Of a DNA stretch of 64,000 nt, positions 35,727-45,599 are shown one piece after another. Source of the DNA: a virus; IMG/VR virus record IMGVR_UViG_3300034782_000062, positions 64,001 through 128,000 of that record. One strand, 5' to 3'. The first letter of the stretch is position 1, and every line of letters starts with the position of its first letter. Both the position numbers and the translations under genes were made by a program. The notes under the pieces were generated by a model that was not told the DNA's origin, ran no database searches, and worked only from the letters and a program-made list of their open reading frames with translations.

Positions 35727-35749
35727 CGAAACCTACCATCCCCAAACAG

Positions 35750-36898
35750 CTACGCCGCGTGGTCAGCTACATCGTTCCCTACAAACCTCGGTATTGAGGC
35801 CGGGGCGCGCGGGCCTCGGCCAAAGTCGTTGCGGAATTTGTTGCAGACACCATCTTCCCCAAGCATAGGGCATCGCCATCCTTCTGAAGCGATGCGCTCA
35901 CACGTAATGGGTCCGCCCATAGTGCGAAGGATGTTTTCGTACTTTTTTTCTGTGGTTTCGTGATTGTAGCGGCCCTTGTCACAAGCAGATATCTTGTGAA
36001 AGAGCGCTCGGCCACCATGAGGGTCGTAGCACGCGAGATTCGCTGCCAACGCGATCCATTCGAAGTACGTGAGCCCACTCTCGCAGGCGTACTGAATGAA
36101 CTCGCAACCGCCAATGATCATGTCGAGGTCACTGGCGTTGCTGTCCTGAAAACTCTCTCTCCCATCGAAGGACCCACCTCGGCTTCTCTTCGCCGGGCTG
36201 TCCTCCAGCACATCCAACCTTCCGATTTCTCCAAGAGCATCAACCACGTCCAGCCGATTTACTGGATCGTAAAGCTCGATCATATCCCACGTCGGCTCGC
36301 CGAGAGGGACGGTATTGAACTGCTGATCGAGCAGCATAGAACCGTTTCGTGTATTCGCCGCTTCCATGTTGAGCGGCATGGCTATCTGGTTACCGATCGA
36401 TCGGCCACCAGGCAGCGTGTCTTGTGTTGGGAAAATTCTATCGAGTGCGCCACCCTCACCAAGGGTCGGCAACTCGCACATCTCTATAAACGCCTCCATG
36501 AAGCGCCTGGCCACCCAGACCTCCATGGGCTTCAAGTCGCCACGAGGGTCGTCAAAGATGATGCGAACGTGAACGCCACGCCCTGACTGGCTGGTGTTGC
36601 ACAGGGGGTCGATCCCGTACTCTCTAAAAGTGTCAGCGAGGGCCTTTGCGTGTTCGAAGGCGTTACCGTGATGACCATCGAAGTCAGCGGCAACCCACTC
36701 GCAGGTTCCGTCAGCCAAGAAGGGATAGGCACCAATCATGATATCGCCCTTCATATGTCGGACGATTACGTCGTTAGTTAGCTTGTACTCGGGAAGGCGC
36801 CGTGGTCTGTAGCTTCCATCAGCGATACGAAAAGCGTATACATCCGGTCGACCACAGAAAAATCTTTTAAAATAGAAGAGCTTCTCTTTCGGAACCAT
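35750..36898 (-). CDS. Archaeo-eukaryotic primase (TOTE-type AEP domain) with PriCT/PriL-like C-terminus
   Basis: F.GR.DVYA, IG.YP, VAADFD, SQSG.G.H, D.IFP.QD, GN.IA.PL; C-terminal C...W...L...F..IS...KY...P.TC..I....CP. Confidence 0.8.
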   Translation of the reverse strand: MVPKEKLFYFKRFFCGRPDVYAFRIADGSYRPRRLPEYKLTNDVIVRHMKGDIMIGAYPFLADGTCEWVAADFDGHHGNAFEHAKALADTFREYGIDPLCNTSQSGRGVHVRIIFDDPRGDLKPMEVWVARRFMEAFIEMCELPTLGEGGALDRIFPTQDTLPGGRSIGNQIAMPLNMEAANTRNGSMLLDQQFNTVPLGEPTWDMIELYDPVNRLDVVDALGEIGRLDVLEDSPAKRSRGGSFDGRESFQDSNASDLDMIIGGCEFIQYACESGLTYFEWIALAANLACYDPHGGRALFHKISACDKGRYNHETTEKKYENILRTMGGPITCERIASEGWRCPMLGEDGVCNKFRNDFGRGPRAPASIPRFVGNDVADHAA

Positions 36899-36910
36899 CC
36901 CCTCCCCCGT

Positions 36911-38425
36911 TCACCGTTTTGACAGCCTCGCCTTTATGATTTCGACATTCTTCGGTTCCCTCTCGACAAGGATGAAGTTTCTCTTCAGCCGTTTACAGGC
37001 CAAGCCAGTAGTGCCAGTGCCGGCGAAGTTGTCGAGGACGAGGTCGCCAGGATTTGTAAGCCTCTCAACGAGCCACTTGAGCACAAACTCGGGACGCTCC
37101 CCTAGGTGCCGAAGAGCCTTGCGCCCCTTGACGGTCGCACCTTCAATGAAGTTGTGCATCTGCTTGGGACCCTTCCAATGGAAGGCGTTGCGCTTATCAG
37201 CGCCCATGCAGGCCGTCACGATAAACTGACACGTATCCAAAAACGTTGTTTTCTTCGAGCCAGTGTCGGGATTTGTTAGGTGCCAGGTTACAACCTGTAC
37301 CATGTCGAAGCCGTTGCTTATCAGAGCCTCACGAATAAAGCTCACGTAGCGCTCGTCACAAAAAACAGCGATATTCCCGCCCGTCTTGATGACGCGCGCC
37401 CACTCGTGCGCCCAGACTGAAACCTCATCCAGCTTCAGTTCGCTGTTCCAGTCCTCAAAGACGTCGAGCGCCTCGGTCTCTTCGAGCCGGTCACCGTAGC
37501 CAGTGTCCTCTTTGTAGTCGGGATCGACAATGATGTGATCTACCGATTCTCTTTCAATATCGTTGATATGATCTTGACATCGAATATCAGCATCGATGCT
37601 CTTGATACTTTTAGCTTCTTCGATCAGCTTGTCTTCGCGCTTCTGCTTATGCATCGCAAGAGCGGCGCTATTGATCGATGACTCACCCTTGAAAACTGCC
37701 TGCACCGCGGGATGTTCCATCCAGTTTTCGCCAAGTTCTTCCTTGGCCTGATTTATAATTGCAGCAGCACGCGCAACTTTCATCGGCGGCTGACCGATGG
37801 CCTTGCCGACTTCGTTGCGAGTCAAACGACGTTTCGGCTTGGGCTTCTTGGCGATCCTCAGTCCGCCCTCTTCCCGATCCTCGTCGTCCTCAGGATGTTC
37901 GATCTCAATCTCTGTGTCATCCGACTTTCGGTAGACGCTTGCTGGTCCGCGGCGCCCCTTGCGACCACCTTCTGCTTGCCGCTCCTTGTTCTTCTCGAAC
38001 TCTTTGTCCCAGATCGCCTCGACCTCCATCATGATCTGACGCTCCGACTTACGCCGGTAAGCGTTGTGCATGACGATGGCCTCAACGGTCTCGTCGTCGG
38101 TCTCGTAGTCACGCCAGACGACCGGAACTGTCGGCATCTTCAGGGTGATGGCGGCTTTATGGCGACGGCGACCGGAAATGATGAAGCACGTTGCACGATC
38201 GACAACGATGGGCTCGATCATGCCGCGCTTACTGATATCCGAGATCAGGTCTTTATCCGGCTCGTCACCGTAAATTTGCTGGTTGCGCGGGTGAGCCTTG
38301 ATCTCGTTCGGTGAGACCAGCTCGATTGTTTCTTTGCGGGGTGCTGGGGGTAGGTTCTTTTCGTGCGCGGATTTAATAATCCTACGACGGCCTGGATCGG
38401 CCTTGTTTTCCGCTCGCGCTGTCAT
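36911..38425 (-). CDS. ParB-N domain fused to a beta-class amino (N6A/N4C) DNA methyltransferase domain
   Basis: IEPIVV...IISGRRR.KA; motif IV reads IIVDPDY; VLDNFAGTGTT SAM-binding motif. Start 38425 has SD AGGGG. Confidence 0.8.
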   Translation of the reverse strand: MTARAENKADPGRRRIIKSAHEKNLPPAPRKETIELVSPNEIKAHPRNQQIYGDEPDKDLISDISKRGMIEPIVVDRATCFIISGRRRHKAAITLKMPTVPVVWRDYETDDETVEAIVMHNAYRRKSERQIMMEVEAIWDKEFEKNKERQAEGGRKGRRGPASVYRKSDDTEIEIEHPEDDEDREEGGLRIAKKPKPKRRLTRNEVGKAIGQPPMKVARAAAIINQAKEELGENWMEHPAVQAVFKGESSINSAALAMHKQKREDKLIEEAKSIKSIDADIRCQDHINDIERESVDHIIVDPDYKEDTGYGDRLEETEALDVFEDWNSELKLDEVSVWAHEWARVIKTGGNIAVFCDERYVSFIREALISNGFDMVQVVTWHLTNPDTGSKKTTFLDTCQFIVTACMGADKRNAFHWKGPKQMHNFIEGATVKGRKALRHLGERPEFVLKWLVERLTNPGDLVLDNFAGTGTTGLACKRLKRNFILVEREPKNVEIIKARLSKR

Positions 38426-38842
38426 AGAACCACAGTCCCCTATTAAAAAGGCAGCAAGGTCCCGCGTGCCCGCCGCCAAGATGGCGGGGGTTTATATGAA
38501 ATCTCATCTTTTCCAACCGAAAGGCAAAAGGAAAAGATGGGGTTCCACCTTAGCGGACGGCACCCGAGGCCTTGCTGCGTTCGATTATCTTACGTTTGCT
38601 TTTCACCTTTCGGTTGTTGAGATTTCATATAACCCGTCCGAACAGACTGCCTGAGATCGCACCGCCGCGTCAACTTAATTAATCCTGAGGACGGCATTAT
38701 TTCTCTAACAGCCCATTAATTTTGTTGGAAAAATTGCAGATCCCTCCTGGTGCGCTGGAAATGAATCCTGAGGACGAATATGGTAGGATGGCAGGGCTCC
38801 CTGTTGTGGGAAAACAAGGGTCAATTTTAAAGGAGGGATAGC

Positions 38843-39583
38843 ATGCCACCCCCAATCGCACAGGTTCTCGGCGTCGTTGGCGTCACAGGTTCTGCAGCCG
38901 CGATGCTGATGGTCCGCCTCATGGAAGGGCAGTACGCTGGCATCACCGATGGCTCGTTCGTCATGCAGTACACCGAAGGACACGGCCTTCGTGATCGCTG
39001 GGGGCCGCACATTGTAGACAACGGTCGCTTCTCACGCGGTTGGGGAATGCGAACCACCAGTGAAGGTGTGCAACGCCCTCATGGCGGCATCGACCTATGT
39101 GGGCCTCAAGGGACAGTCGTTCGGGCGATGCGCACAGGGCTCGTCGAGCACAGCGACCAAGGCAATGGCTATGGGGAATGCATCCTTCTTCGGCACGTCG
39201 ATGGAACGACGAGCTTCTACGCACATCTCAATGAACGAGCTGTGACCCAAGGGATGCTGGTCATGGGCGGCTCACCCATCGGAACGATGGGGCGCACCTC
39301 TGGAACTGGAAGCATCCCCAGCGAGCGCTTCCAGATGGGTGGCCCTATGGACCGTCGCTGCCGTCACTTCGCCAACATGGGTATCCACCTTCACTTCAGT
39401 ACCCATGGTTACGGTCAGGAGCGCCTGCCTCACCAGCGGCGAATGCGCCAAACCGTCAGTACCGACAAAGAGTGGCAGTACGGATCCGACCCCGTGCAGA
39501 TTCTCGGCGCCCACGGCACCAGACAAGTGGCCCAGCAAGCTATTGCCTGTTCACCGTGGAGCCGCGACTGGGCTACCGCTTGA
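38843..39583 (+). CDS. M23 metallopeptidase (cell-wall hydrolase / endolysin candidate)
   Basis: HGGID, YG..I.L.H, YAHL, IG.MG.T, HLHF. Confidence 0.88.
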   Translation: MPPPIAQVLGVVGVTGSAAAMLMVRLMEGQYAGITDGSFVMQYTEGHGLRDRWGPHIVDNGRFSRGWGMRTTSEGVQRPHGGIDLCGPQGTVVRAMRTGLVEHSDQGNGYGECILLRHVDGTTSFYAHLNERAVTQGMLVMGGSPIGTMGRTSGTGSIPSERFQMGGPMDRRCRHFANMGIHLHFSTHGYGQERLPHQRRMRQTVSTDKEWQYGSDPVQILGAHGTRQVAQQAIACSPWSRDWATA

Positions 39584-40160
39584 GCTTCCGCAGGCACCCA
39601 ACAATCGCCTGAAACACGTCACGACAGAATTTTAAAACCCCCCGGTCAAAAAGAATGCAGATCCCCCCTCGTTTGGTGTTGGGTCGTCGGCTGCTCTGAG
39701 TGTGTCGTTAAGATTTAAGTAAGTCGTACATGCCTAGTAGTATGATGCCCCTAACTAAGAGCAAAAGCCTAGGTACTGTTACTTAAAGATCTTAGGGGCA
39801 TGAAATACTTGAACAGTGTTCTTGGTATTTTAATCAGCAAGTAGTAGGCCAGACCTTGCTAAGAAAAGGACATGCTGGAGCTGTCAGCAGGGCTGAGGTC
39901 CCCACTGAGGTTTGAGCTAAGCAGAAGCCCCTTGTGCTGAACTTGGGGTCGACCACTAACCTTTCGGGGAGCTGAAGACCGAGAGGGTTGCTGTCCCAGA
40001 CCCCCAGATTGCTAAAGGGAGAGGCAGAAACATTTCGGAGAGCTAGAGACCCGAGGGTTGTCAGTCATCCTGACGATGCAAAAACCTTGACGTTGCAGAT
40101 GCCATATTGCAGAATGGCGCCATCCCAAAACCGCAACGTCAAAACGCGAGGTAGGTCAAA

Positions 40161-40715
40161 ATGGCAGAGGAAGAGACCAAGGCGACGGAAAAAAAGGAAG
40201 AAGCTCAGACCCCACCGAAGGCGCAGGTGACGCCGCCGCCGACAGGCCCAGGTGGAGCACTCGAAGAAATCCAGAAGCGAGCGGTAGGCGGGAAGGTCGC
40301 TGTCTTGGAGAAGGGCGACAAAGAGCCGAAGATCGTTGGCGGCAACGGCGAAGGCGAAACGCCGCCCGAGGCTGAAGCCGATGGCAAGACCGATGGTGAG
40401 GCCAAAGAGCCCGAGCCCCCCGCTGCTTCTCCAGGCATTCCAATCTCTCCCGACGCTGCAGAAGACCTGAAGATGGTCATGGATGAGATCGGCCAACTCG
40501 AACGGCAGGCCGGTCAAAACGCGATTCAGTTTCATAGTGCGATGAAGCAGATCGAAGAGAAGGCTTCCGAGCTGCGGACGGATTTCAATTCCATCGTGCG
40601 GCGACTCGGGAAGCGTTTCAACGTCCCTCAAGGCTGGGTGCTCAACCTCGACACCATGAGTTTCGTCCCTCAACAGCAGGGAGCGGGACAGACGGGGATG
40701 CCTCCGCTACAATAA
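40161..40715 (+). CDS. Hypothetical protein (low-complexity N-terminus, coiled-coil C-terminus)
   Basis: SD GAGGT. Confidence 0.7.
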   Translation: MAEEETKATEKKEEAQTPPKAQVTPPPTGPGGALEEIQKRAVGGKVAVLEKGDKEPKIVGGNGEGETPPEAEADGKTDGEAKEPEPPAASPGIPISPDAAEDLKMVMDEIGQLERQAGQNAIQFHSAMKQIEEKASELRTDFNSIVRRLGKRFNVPQGWVLNLDTMSFVPQQQGAGQTGMPPLQ

Positions 40716-40730
40716 AGCTGGAGGTGGCCC

Positions 40731-41402
40731 ATGGCCGCATTTACCAGCGACGTTCTCCAGGAATACGTCAGGCTCTGCGAAACGGAGTTCAAGGTTAAGC
40801 TTGTCGAAAAAAAGACGAGCATTTTTATGAAGATGATCGCGGTGATCCTCTTCTTTAACAAGAACTTCATGACGAGCTATGTCACGACAATCGGGCGCAC
40901 TGTCTACTGGCCCGACCTGGAGGAGAGGTTCAGCAAATACCCGGAAAACTCTTTCAGAACGATGTTTCATGAGACGCAGCACGCTCATGATGGCAGCGTC
41001 TTCAAGATTGTTTACGAGTTGAGCTACCTCTCGCCTCAAATCGGGGGCCTGCTCTCGCTGCTCGCATTCATGGCGATTACGTTTAGCAATGCTTGGCTCC
41101 TCGCACTCCTCGCACTGGTCCTCATCGCGCCCTTCCCTGCATACTTTCGAGCGCATTGGGAGTTCCGCGGCTCGTCTTGCAACATGGCTTACAGAATTTG
41201 GACGGACGACAGGGTCAGCGACAGGTACAAGGACTTTCTTGTCCAGCGGTTCAAGGGTCCGGACTACTACTTCATGTGGCCCTTTCCAAAGAGCGTTCGC
41301 AAAAAGCTGGCGAAGATCGAACAGCGCATTCGCGCTGGCAAGCTGACAGAGGTGCAGAGAAAGACTCATGTCTTTCTTCAAAACCATGGTATCATCAGCT
41401 AG
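40731..41402 (+). CDS. Membrane protein with an HExxH motif (putative Zn metalloprotease)
   Basis: FHETQHAH; hydrophobic hairpin at about residues 105-135. Confidence 0.6.
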   Translation: MAAFTSDVLQEYVRLCETEFKVKLVEKKTSIFMKMIAVILFFNKNFMTSYVTTIGRTVYWPDLEERFSKYPENSFRTMFHETQHAHDGSVFKIVYELSYLSPQIGGLLSLLAFMAITFSNAWLLALLALVLIAPFPAYFRAHWEFRGSSCNMAYRIWTDDRVSDRYKDFLVQRFKGPDYYFMWPFPKSVRKKLAKIEQRIRAGKLTEVQRKTHVFLQNHGIIS

Positions 41403-41404
41403 TT

Positions 41405-41941
41405 ATGACCAACGGTGCTGGTCGATACGGTTCTGGCTCATCTTCAAAGCCTCAATCTTCTTCGACTGATGCAGTACTCGCAGCTATCGAAAATGAGCTA
41501 AAGAACCAAGGGCGCCAGCTCAAGACGATGAACCTAAAAGTTGACAGCGTGAGCGAGACCGTCACCAGGATGAATACTCAGATGGAGCACCTGGTGACAA
41601 AGGAAGCCTGCGCAGAGGGTCGCCAGCAGCTCGGCGATGATTTAAAAAGACGAATGGACGGGGACCGTGAAATCACGGGCACCAACATAAAGATACCGGC
41701 TCTGTGGCAGCAATTCCAAGAAGCGACCAAGCAAAAAAAAACGACTGTTCCCCCGCCTCCTGCTCCACAACAGAAACCTCAACGTGGGTTTTTATTTTGG
41801 CTCGGTGTCATCGCAGCCTGTGTCACCATCAGTGGTGGAATTGTCGGGGTGACCTTCGCGGCATACAAGGTGCTCGACGTTATTCAGGCCACCGAACAGA
41901 TGATGCAGGACATGCAGAGGCACCAGTCGTCCAATCAATGA
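41405..41941 (+). CDS. Coiled-coil membrane protein with one C-terminal TM helix (holin/lysis-accessory-like)
   Basis: FLFWLGVIAACVTISGGIVGVTFAAY; lies near the M23 gene. Confidence 0.55.
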   Translation: MTNGAGRYGSGSSSKPQSSSTDAVLAAIENELKNQGRQLKTMNLKVDSVSETVTRMNTQMEHLVTKEACAEGRQQLGDDLKRRMDGDREITGTNIKIPALWQQFQEATKQKKTTVPPPPAPQQKPQRGFLFWLGVIAACVTISGGIVGVTFAAYKVLDVIQATEQMMQDMQRHQSSNQ

Positions 41942-41945
41942 CTCA

Positions 41946-41993
41946 TTGACTTGGCAGGTTGCACGTGTTACATATTTTCCATCCTGAGGACTG
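41946..41993 (+). promoter_or_regulatory. Putative promoter TTGACT-17-TACATA (extended -10) with the palindrome at the predicted +1
   Basis: -35 at 41946, TG-n-TACATA at 41969, palindrome at 41981. Confidence 0.45.
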
Positions 41994-42020
41994 AGCAATC
42001 ACAGACGCAAAGGACCAAAA

Positions 42021-42431
42021 ATGAGCGGAAAAATCTTTGGTGACGCGGACCTATCCATCAGCGTCATGCGCAACCCGAGGCGTGAGCGAGAAGACGGCAG
42101 CATCTTTGAGTTTGATGGGGTCGTTTACCAATTGGCTTGCCAAACCTGTGAGACTCCGATTCAGGTGGGGCTCTCCTGGAAGGAGGTGCGAGTCCTACTT
42201 GATGGAGGGGCTCTTCCCGGTGTCCAGCGTATCAGCGATGGTTGGCAGATCTCGGCGCAGTGCTCGAACAACAACGAGGGCTGCACTATGGTCAACAGTT
42301 TCAAGGTGTTGGATGAGGAGCTGGAAAAGGAAGCTGACCTGGAGGTTAAGCGGCGCCAGCGAGTGATGCGAGCGCAGCAGGCTCAGCGCAGTGGGAACGT
42401 TCTTCAGCGTGTTCCTCAGCGAAGACGCTAG
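42021..42431 (+). CDS. Hypothetical protein with CxxC...C...C
   Basis: SD AAGGA. Confidence 0.7.
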   Translation: MSGKIFGDADLSISVMRNPRREREDGSIFEFDGVVYQLACQTCETPIQVGLSWKEVRVLLDGGALPGVQRISDGWQISAQCSNNNEGCTMVNSFKVLDEELEKEADLEVKRRQRVMRAQQAQRSGNVLQRVPQRRR

Positions 42432-42437
42432 AGATTC

Positions 42438-42479
42438 TGGACAAGCAGGACACCTCAGAATAGAATCGTCCCCAGGATG
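42438..42479 (+). promoter_or_regulatory. Putative promoter TGGACA-17-TAGAAT followed by the palindrome; leaderless start possible
   Basis: -35 at 42438, -10 at 42461, palindrome at 42468; ATG 42477 lies inside the palindrome; no SD. Confidence 0.6.
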
Positions 42480-42668
42480 GCTATCTTCGGACGACGACGC
42501 CGGCAGCCCAGCCTCCGGCAGATGATTGCTCAGGAAAGACTTAGCATCTGCGTGCGGTGCCCATACATCCGGCGCGTTCGTGGATACCTCAACTGCAGCC
42601 AGTGCGGCTGCTTCATGGATTTAAAGACAAAAATAATGTCCATGAACTGTCCAATGGGCTACTGGTAG
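42477..42668 (+). CDS. Small Cys-rich protein (DUF6171-like)
   Basis: RL.IC..CP......C..CGCF...K......CP.G.W. Confidence 0.7.
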   Translation: MAIFGRRRRQPSLRQMIAQERLSICVRCPYIRRVRGYLNCSQCGCFMDLKTKIMSMNCPMGYW

Positions 42669-42672
42669 AACA

Positions 42673-43425
42673 GTGGGACCTTGGGACACAAATCCTCGAC
42701 AGAAACACTGGTGGAACAAGGATAAAGCTACGGATGATTTTGTCCGTGGTTTTGTGTTAGACGTTTCGGATCAAAAATATTCAGAAAGACGTTATCGAAA
42801 CCTGTTCAGAACGAAGTTCGGAAAATGGCTTCGTGAACAAGTTCGTCCCATTGTTGATGACGTTCAAGGGCGCCCTGAGATTCTCAAGGAAGTGCTGTTG
42901 TACGACGTGAACCCATACATGGCTGGGATGGCGTTATCATTGGCTTTTCTGAAGGAAGACTTTGCTTTTGTGCAAGACTTTGGACCAGACAAGGTTGAGG
43001 TCTGGCCCGCTGAAATGCAGGTTATTGGCAAAGGCGATTACGAGGGGTGTCTTCAGTTTTATCTGGATCGATTCAATAATGAGCCGACTCGTCAGTTTCT
43101 GTCTCATATGGATAAGGATGAGAAGAGTGATGTTTATTCCGACATCTGGTCGCTGTGCACGTCTAATTTGGGAAATTTTTCGGAGGGAGATGTCATTGTT
43201 GATCCTCAGTATGACATGAAGTTTAAACAGGCGCGAGACGGCACCGTTGAGTCAGTCGTTCGCAGGCAAAAAATATTTCGTAAACGCGTTGCGGCAAGCA
43301 AGGCAAAGGGGCGTAAGGTTTACAGTCGACGGGCAGTCTTGCGATGGCGAGAGGTGATCAGGCAGGCCCACTGGAAAGACCTCGGACTTCTTTTCCACGC
43401 TGACGACCTTCCTCCTCCTCCTTGA
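42673..43425 (+). CDS. Hypothetical protein
   Basis: 250-aa ORF, GTG start. Confidence 0.7.
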   Translation: MGPWDTNPRQKHWWNKDKATDDFVRGFVLDVSDQKYSERRYRNLFRTKFGKWLREQVRPIVDDVQGRPEILKEVLLYDVNPYMAGMALSLAFLKEDFAFVQDFGPDKVEVWPAEMQVIGKGDYEGCLQFYLDRFNNEPTRQFLSHMDKDEKSDVYSDIWSLCTSNLGNFSEGDVIVDPQYDMKFKQARDGTVESVVRRQKIFRKRVAASKAKGRKVYSRRAVLRWREVIRQAHWKDLGLLFHADDLPPPP

Positions 43426-43539
43426 AATTACAAATCATCCTCAGGACTGGTAACTTAATCGTCTTTGACCTATAATGACCTTCGCGGCCCCGTAGACCCA
43501 AGTCTATCCTCCCTAAGCATCCCGGTGCTCTAGGCACCA

Positions 43540-43938
43540 ATGAGAGTCAGGGGACTGCGAATGCCATCTTGTGTTCATCCTCCCGTCATCGAGACGACAG
43601 ACCCAGGTCTGATGACGTTGGATCAAATCGATAGCAGGAATGCGGAGCTGTTTGAGTGGGTGACGACGTGTGCCCGTCATGCAGACCCTTCCGTTGTCGA
43701 TGCTGTAAATCAACGGCGATATGCGCTGCTTGGTGCTCGCCGGGAGAAGATGGCAGACCAACGTAAAATGAAGTGGTTCGCCGCTGCTACTGTTCCCGGG
43801 GCTCTGATCGGGGCCTATGCCGGTCACAAGGCTCAGCGTGGAGCGCTCCCTGGTGCAGCCGTCGGAGCTTGGGCCAACTTCGTGATATTCGCAGCAGGGA
43901 CCAGTCTCCTTATGCGTATCCTGCCGGCGAGGTATTAG
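43540..43938 (+). CDS. Membrane protein with Gly/Ala-rich TM pair
   Basis: Two hydrophobic C-terminal segments; paralogous to the next gene; may start at 43561. Confidence 0.65.
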   Translation: MRVRGLRMPSCVHPPVIETTDPGLMTLDQIDSRNAELFEWVTTCARHADPSVVDAVNQRRYALLGARREKMADQRKMKWFAAATVPGALIGAYAGHKAQRGALPGAAVGAWANFVIFAAGTSLLMRILPARY

Positions 43939-43940
43939 CG

Positions 43941-44402
43941 ATGACGAGCCCTTCGGTGACAATGGTAGCGGTAGAAATTGACCCGGAAGAGGCACGAGAG
44001 CGCTGGCTTCGAGACAACCCTCCTCTCGATCCGATGACCATCCCCGACATGAGGACGACGTCGCCCTCGATGATGACCCATGAGCAGATCGACGCGGAGA
44101 GGCAGATTTTGCATCAGCTTAATATGCACTTCCGCGAGAGGGTCGACCGAAACCACCCTCGTTTTCAAGCGATCGGTAATAGGGACGACGCGCTTCGAGA
44201 CGAGATGGTTCGCCGTCGAGATGTGAAAGGTTATGGAGAGCTTGCGGCGCTAGCAGCAGCTCCCGGAATAGCGCTCGGATCTGCATGGGCCTTTTTTAAA
44301 GGCCGCTCAGTGTATCGATATGGTCTTACAGGAGGAGTGCTGACTGTAGTCCTACCCGTAGCGCTTCTCTGGTTCTTCAGGGCGAGACAACAAAGAGGAT
44401 AG
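43941..44402 (+). CDS. Membrane protein, paralog of the upstream gene
   Basis: Shared TT.P..MT..QID and A..PG...G motifs. Confidence 0.7.
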   Translation: MTSPSVTMVAVEIDPEEARERWLRDNPPLDPMTIPDMRTTSPSMMTHEQIDAERQILHQLNMHFRERVDRNHPRFQAIGNRDDALRDEMVRRRDVKGYGELAALAAAPGIALGSAWAFFKGRSVYRYGLTGGVLTVVLPVALLWFFRARQQRG

Positions 44403-44406
44403 AGGA

Positions 44407-45222
44407 ATGCCTGATATTACACTGACACGTCGAACGTCACTTCGAGGCCGCGAGCTTCAAAACGCTGTTACGGCAGCGATTCAGGAAGTCTCTGGGCAAT
44501 CTCCCTATAGCACTGTCGGCCTGACGTCTCGCTGGGAAAGCGGAAGTCGGATGGTGTTGAGTGCTCCGGGGCACATGTCAGGATCCGTCGATATTCAAGA
44601 CGGAAATCCATCGACAGTCACAGTTCAGGTGGACCTTCTTTCTGGGATGGCGAGGATGGTGCGGAACAGCGCTATCCGAGATATCACGGCCGCTGCCAAC
44701 AGACACATCCCAGAGACGGGGGCTGCCCCGGCTCAACCGTCTGCTCCAGCGCAGCCGTCAGCGCCGGCTCAGCCGACTACGACAACGGCCGCGCCAGCTA
44801 CTACGAGGCCTCGTCGCCAATTCGATTGGGGTCTTTTCACGGACATCTTCTCCGGAATCGCAGGCGGAGCTGCTTCAAGCCTCACGGCCTATAACGAGGC
44901 CGTCGGATACACGGCTGGCGAGCAGGCAGTTATCATTGCTGCCGATGAGGCTACAGCCGCTGGCAAAGGCCCTGCGCAGCAGGCAGGTGTGCAGGTCGGG
45001 CCTGGTTTCGAGCTTGGCCCGGGCAAGGCTGTCGGACCCGACGAGCCGCCTCCAGGAGCAACAGTGGCAGCCCCTGGTGCACCTTCTCCGACGCTCGTTC
45101 GACCAAGCACTGGATTCCCGACCTGGGGCTGGTGGGCGATCGGTATCGCTGGCGTCGGTCTTCTTGGAGTCATCGTTCTTGCGACGCGAAAGCCCGAGTA
45201 CGAAGACGAAGAGGAGTACTGA
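44407..45222 (+). CDS. Ala/Pro-rich protein with a C-terminal TM anchor
   Basis: 3x APAQP(S/T); WGWWAIGIAGVGLLGVIVLA. Confidence 0.75.
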   Translation: MPDITLTRRTSLRGRELQNAVTAAIQEVSGQSPYSTVGLTSRWESGSRMVLSAPGHMSGSVDIQDGNPSTVTVQVDLLSGMARMVRNSAIRDITAAANRHIPETGAAPAQPSAPAQPSAPAQPTTTTAAPATTRPRRQFDWGLFTDIFSGIAGGAASSLTAYNEAVGYTAGEQAVIIAADEATAAGKGPAQQAGVQVGPGFELGPGKAVGPDEPPPGATVAAPGAPSPTLVRPSTGFPTWGWWAIGIAGVGLLGVIVLATRKPEYEDEEEY

Positions 45223-45596
45223 TGTACTACTACGAATACGCGCCACAAAGTCGGTGGCCAGCCGCGATGGGAGCTGCGGTCGCGCCTGATGATGTTCGTC
45301 CTGAGGATGAAGATGACGCTATTGTTCCCGTCGAGAACGGGGCCGAAGAGATCGACTTTGAGGAAGAACCCGAACAGGAAGAAATTACGGCTGAGCGCTG
45401 GATGTTTTCCTCGACGGTTGCTCAGCAGATTTTCTCTATCGTTCCGGGCGTCGCGGGTGGCCTGGCCGGATTCTTTCTCGCGCTGAAGCTCGCAAACACC
45501 AAGCGCGTGAACGCCTCCGAGGTTCTGTTGGCTTCTGGGATAGTCGCGGCTGTAACGTTCTCCGTCATCTTCCTTGTGCGCACAGTCGAGGAATAA
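45222..45596 (+). CDS. Membrane protein with two TM helices
   Basis: TGATG coupling; acidic N-terminus. Confidence 0.7.
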   Translation: MYYYEYAPQSRWPAAMGAAVAPDDVRPEDEDDAIVPVENGAEEIDFEEEPEQEEITAERWMFSSTVAQQIFSIVPGVAGGLAGFFLALKLANTKRVNASEVLLASGIVAAVTFSVIFLVRTVEE

Positions 45597-45599
45597 GCG

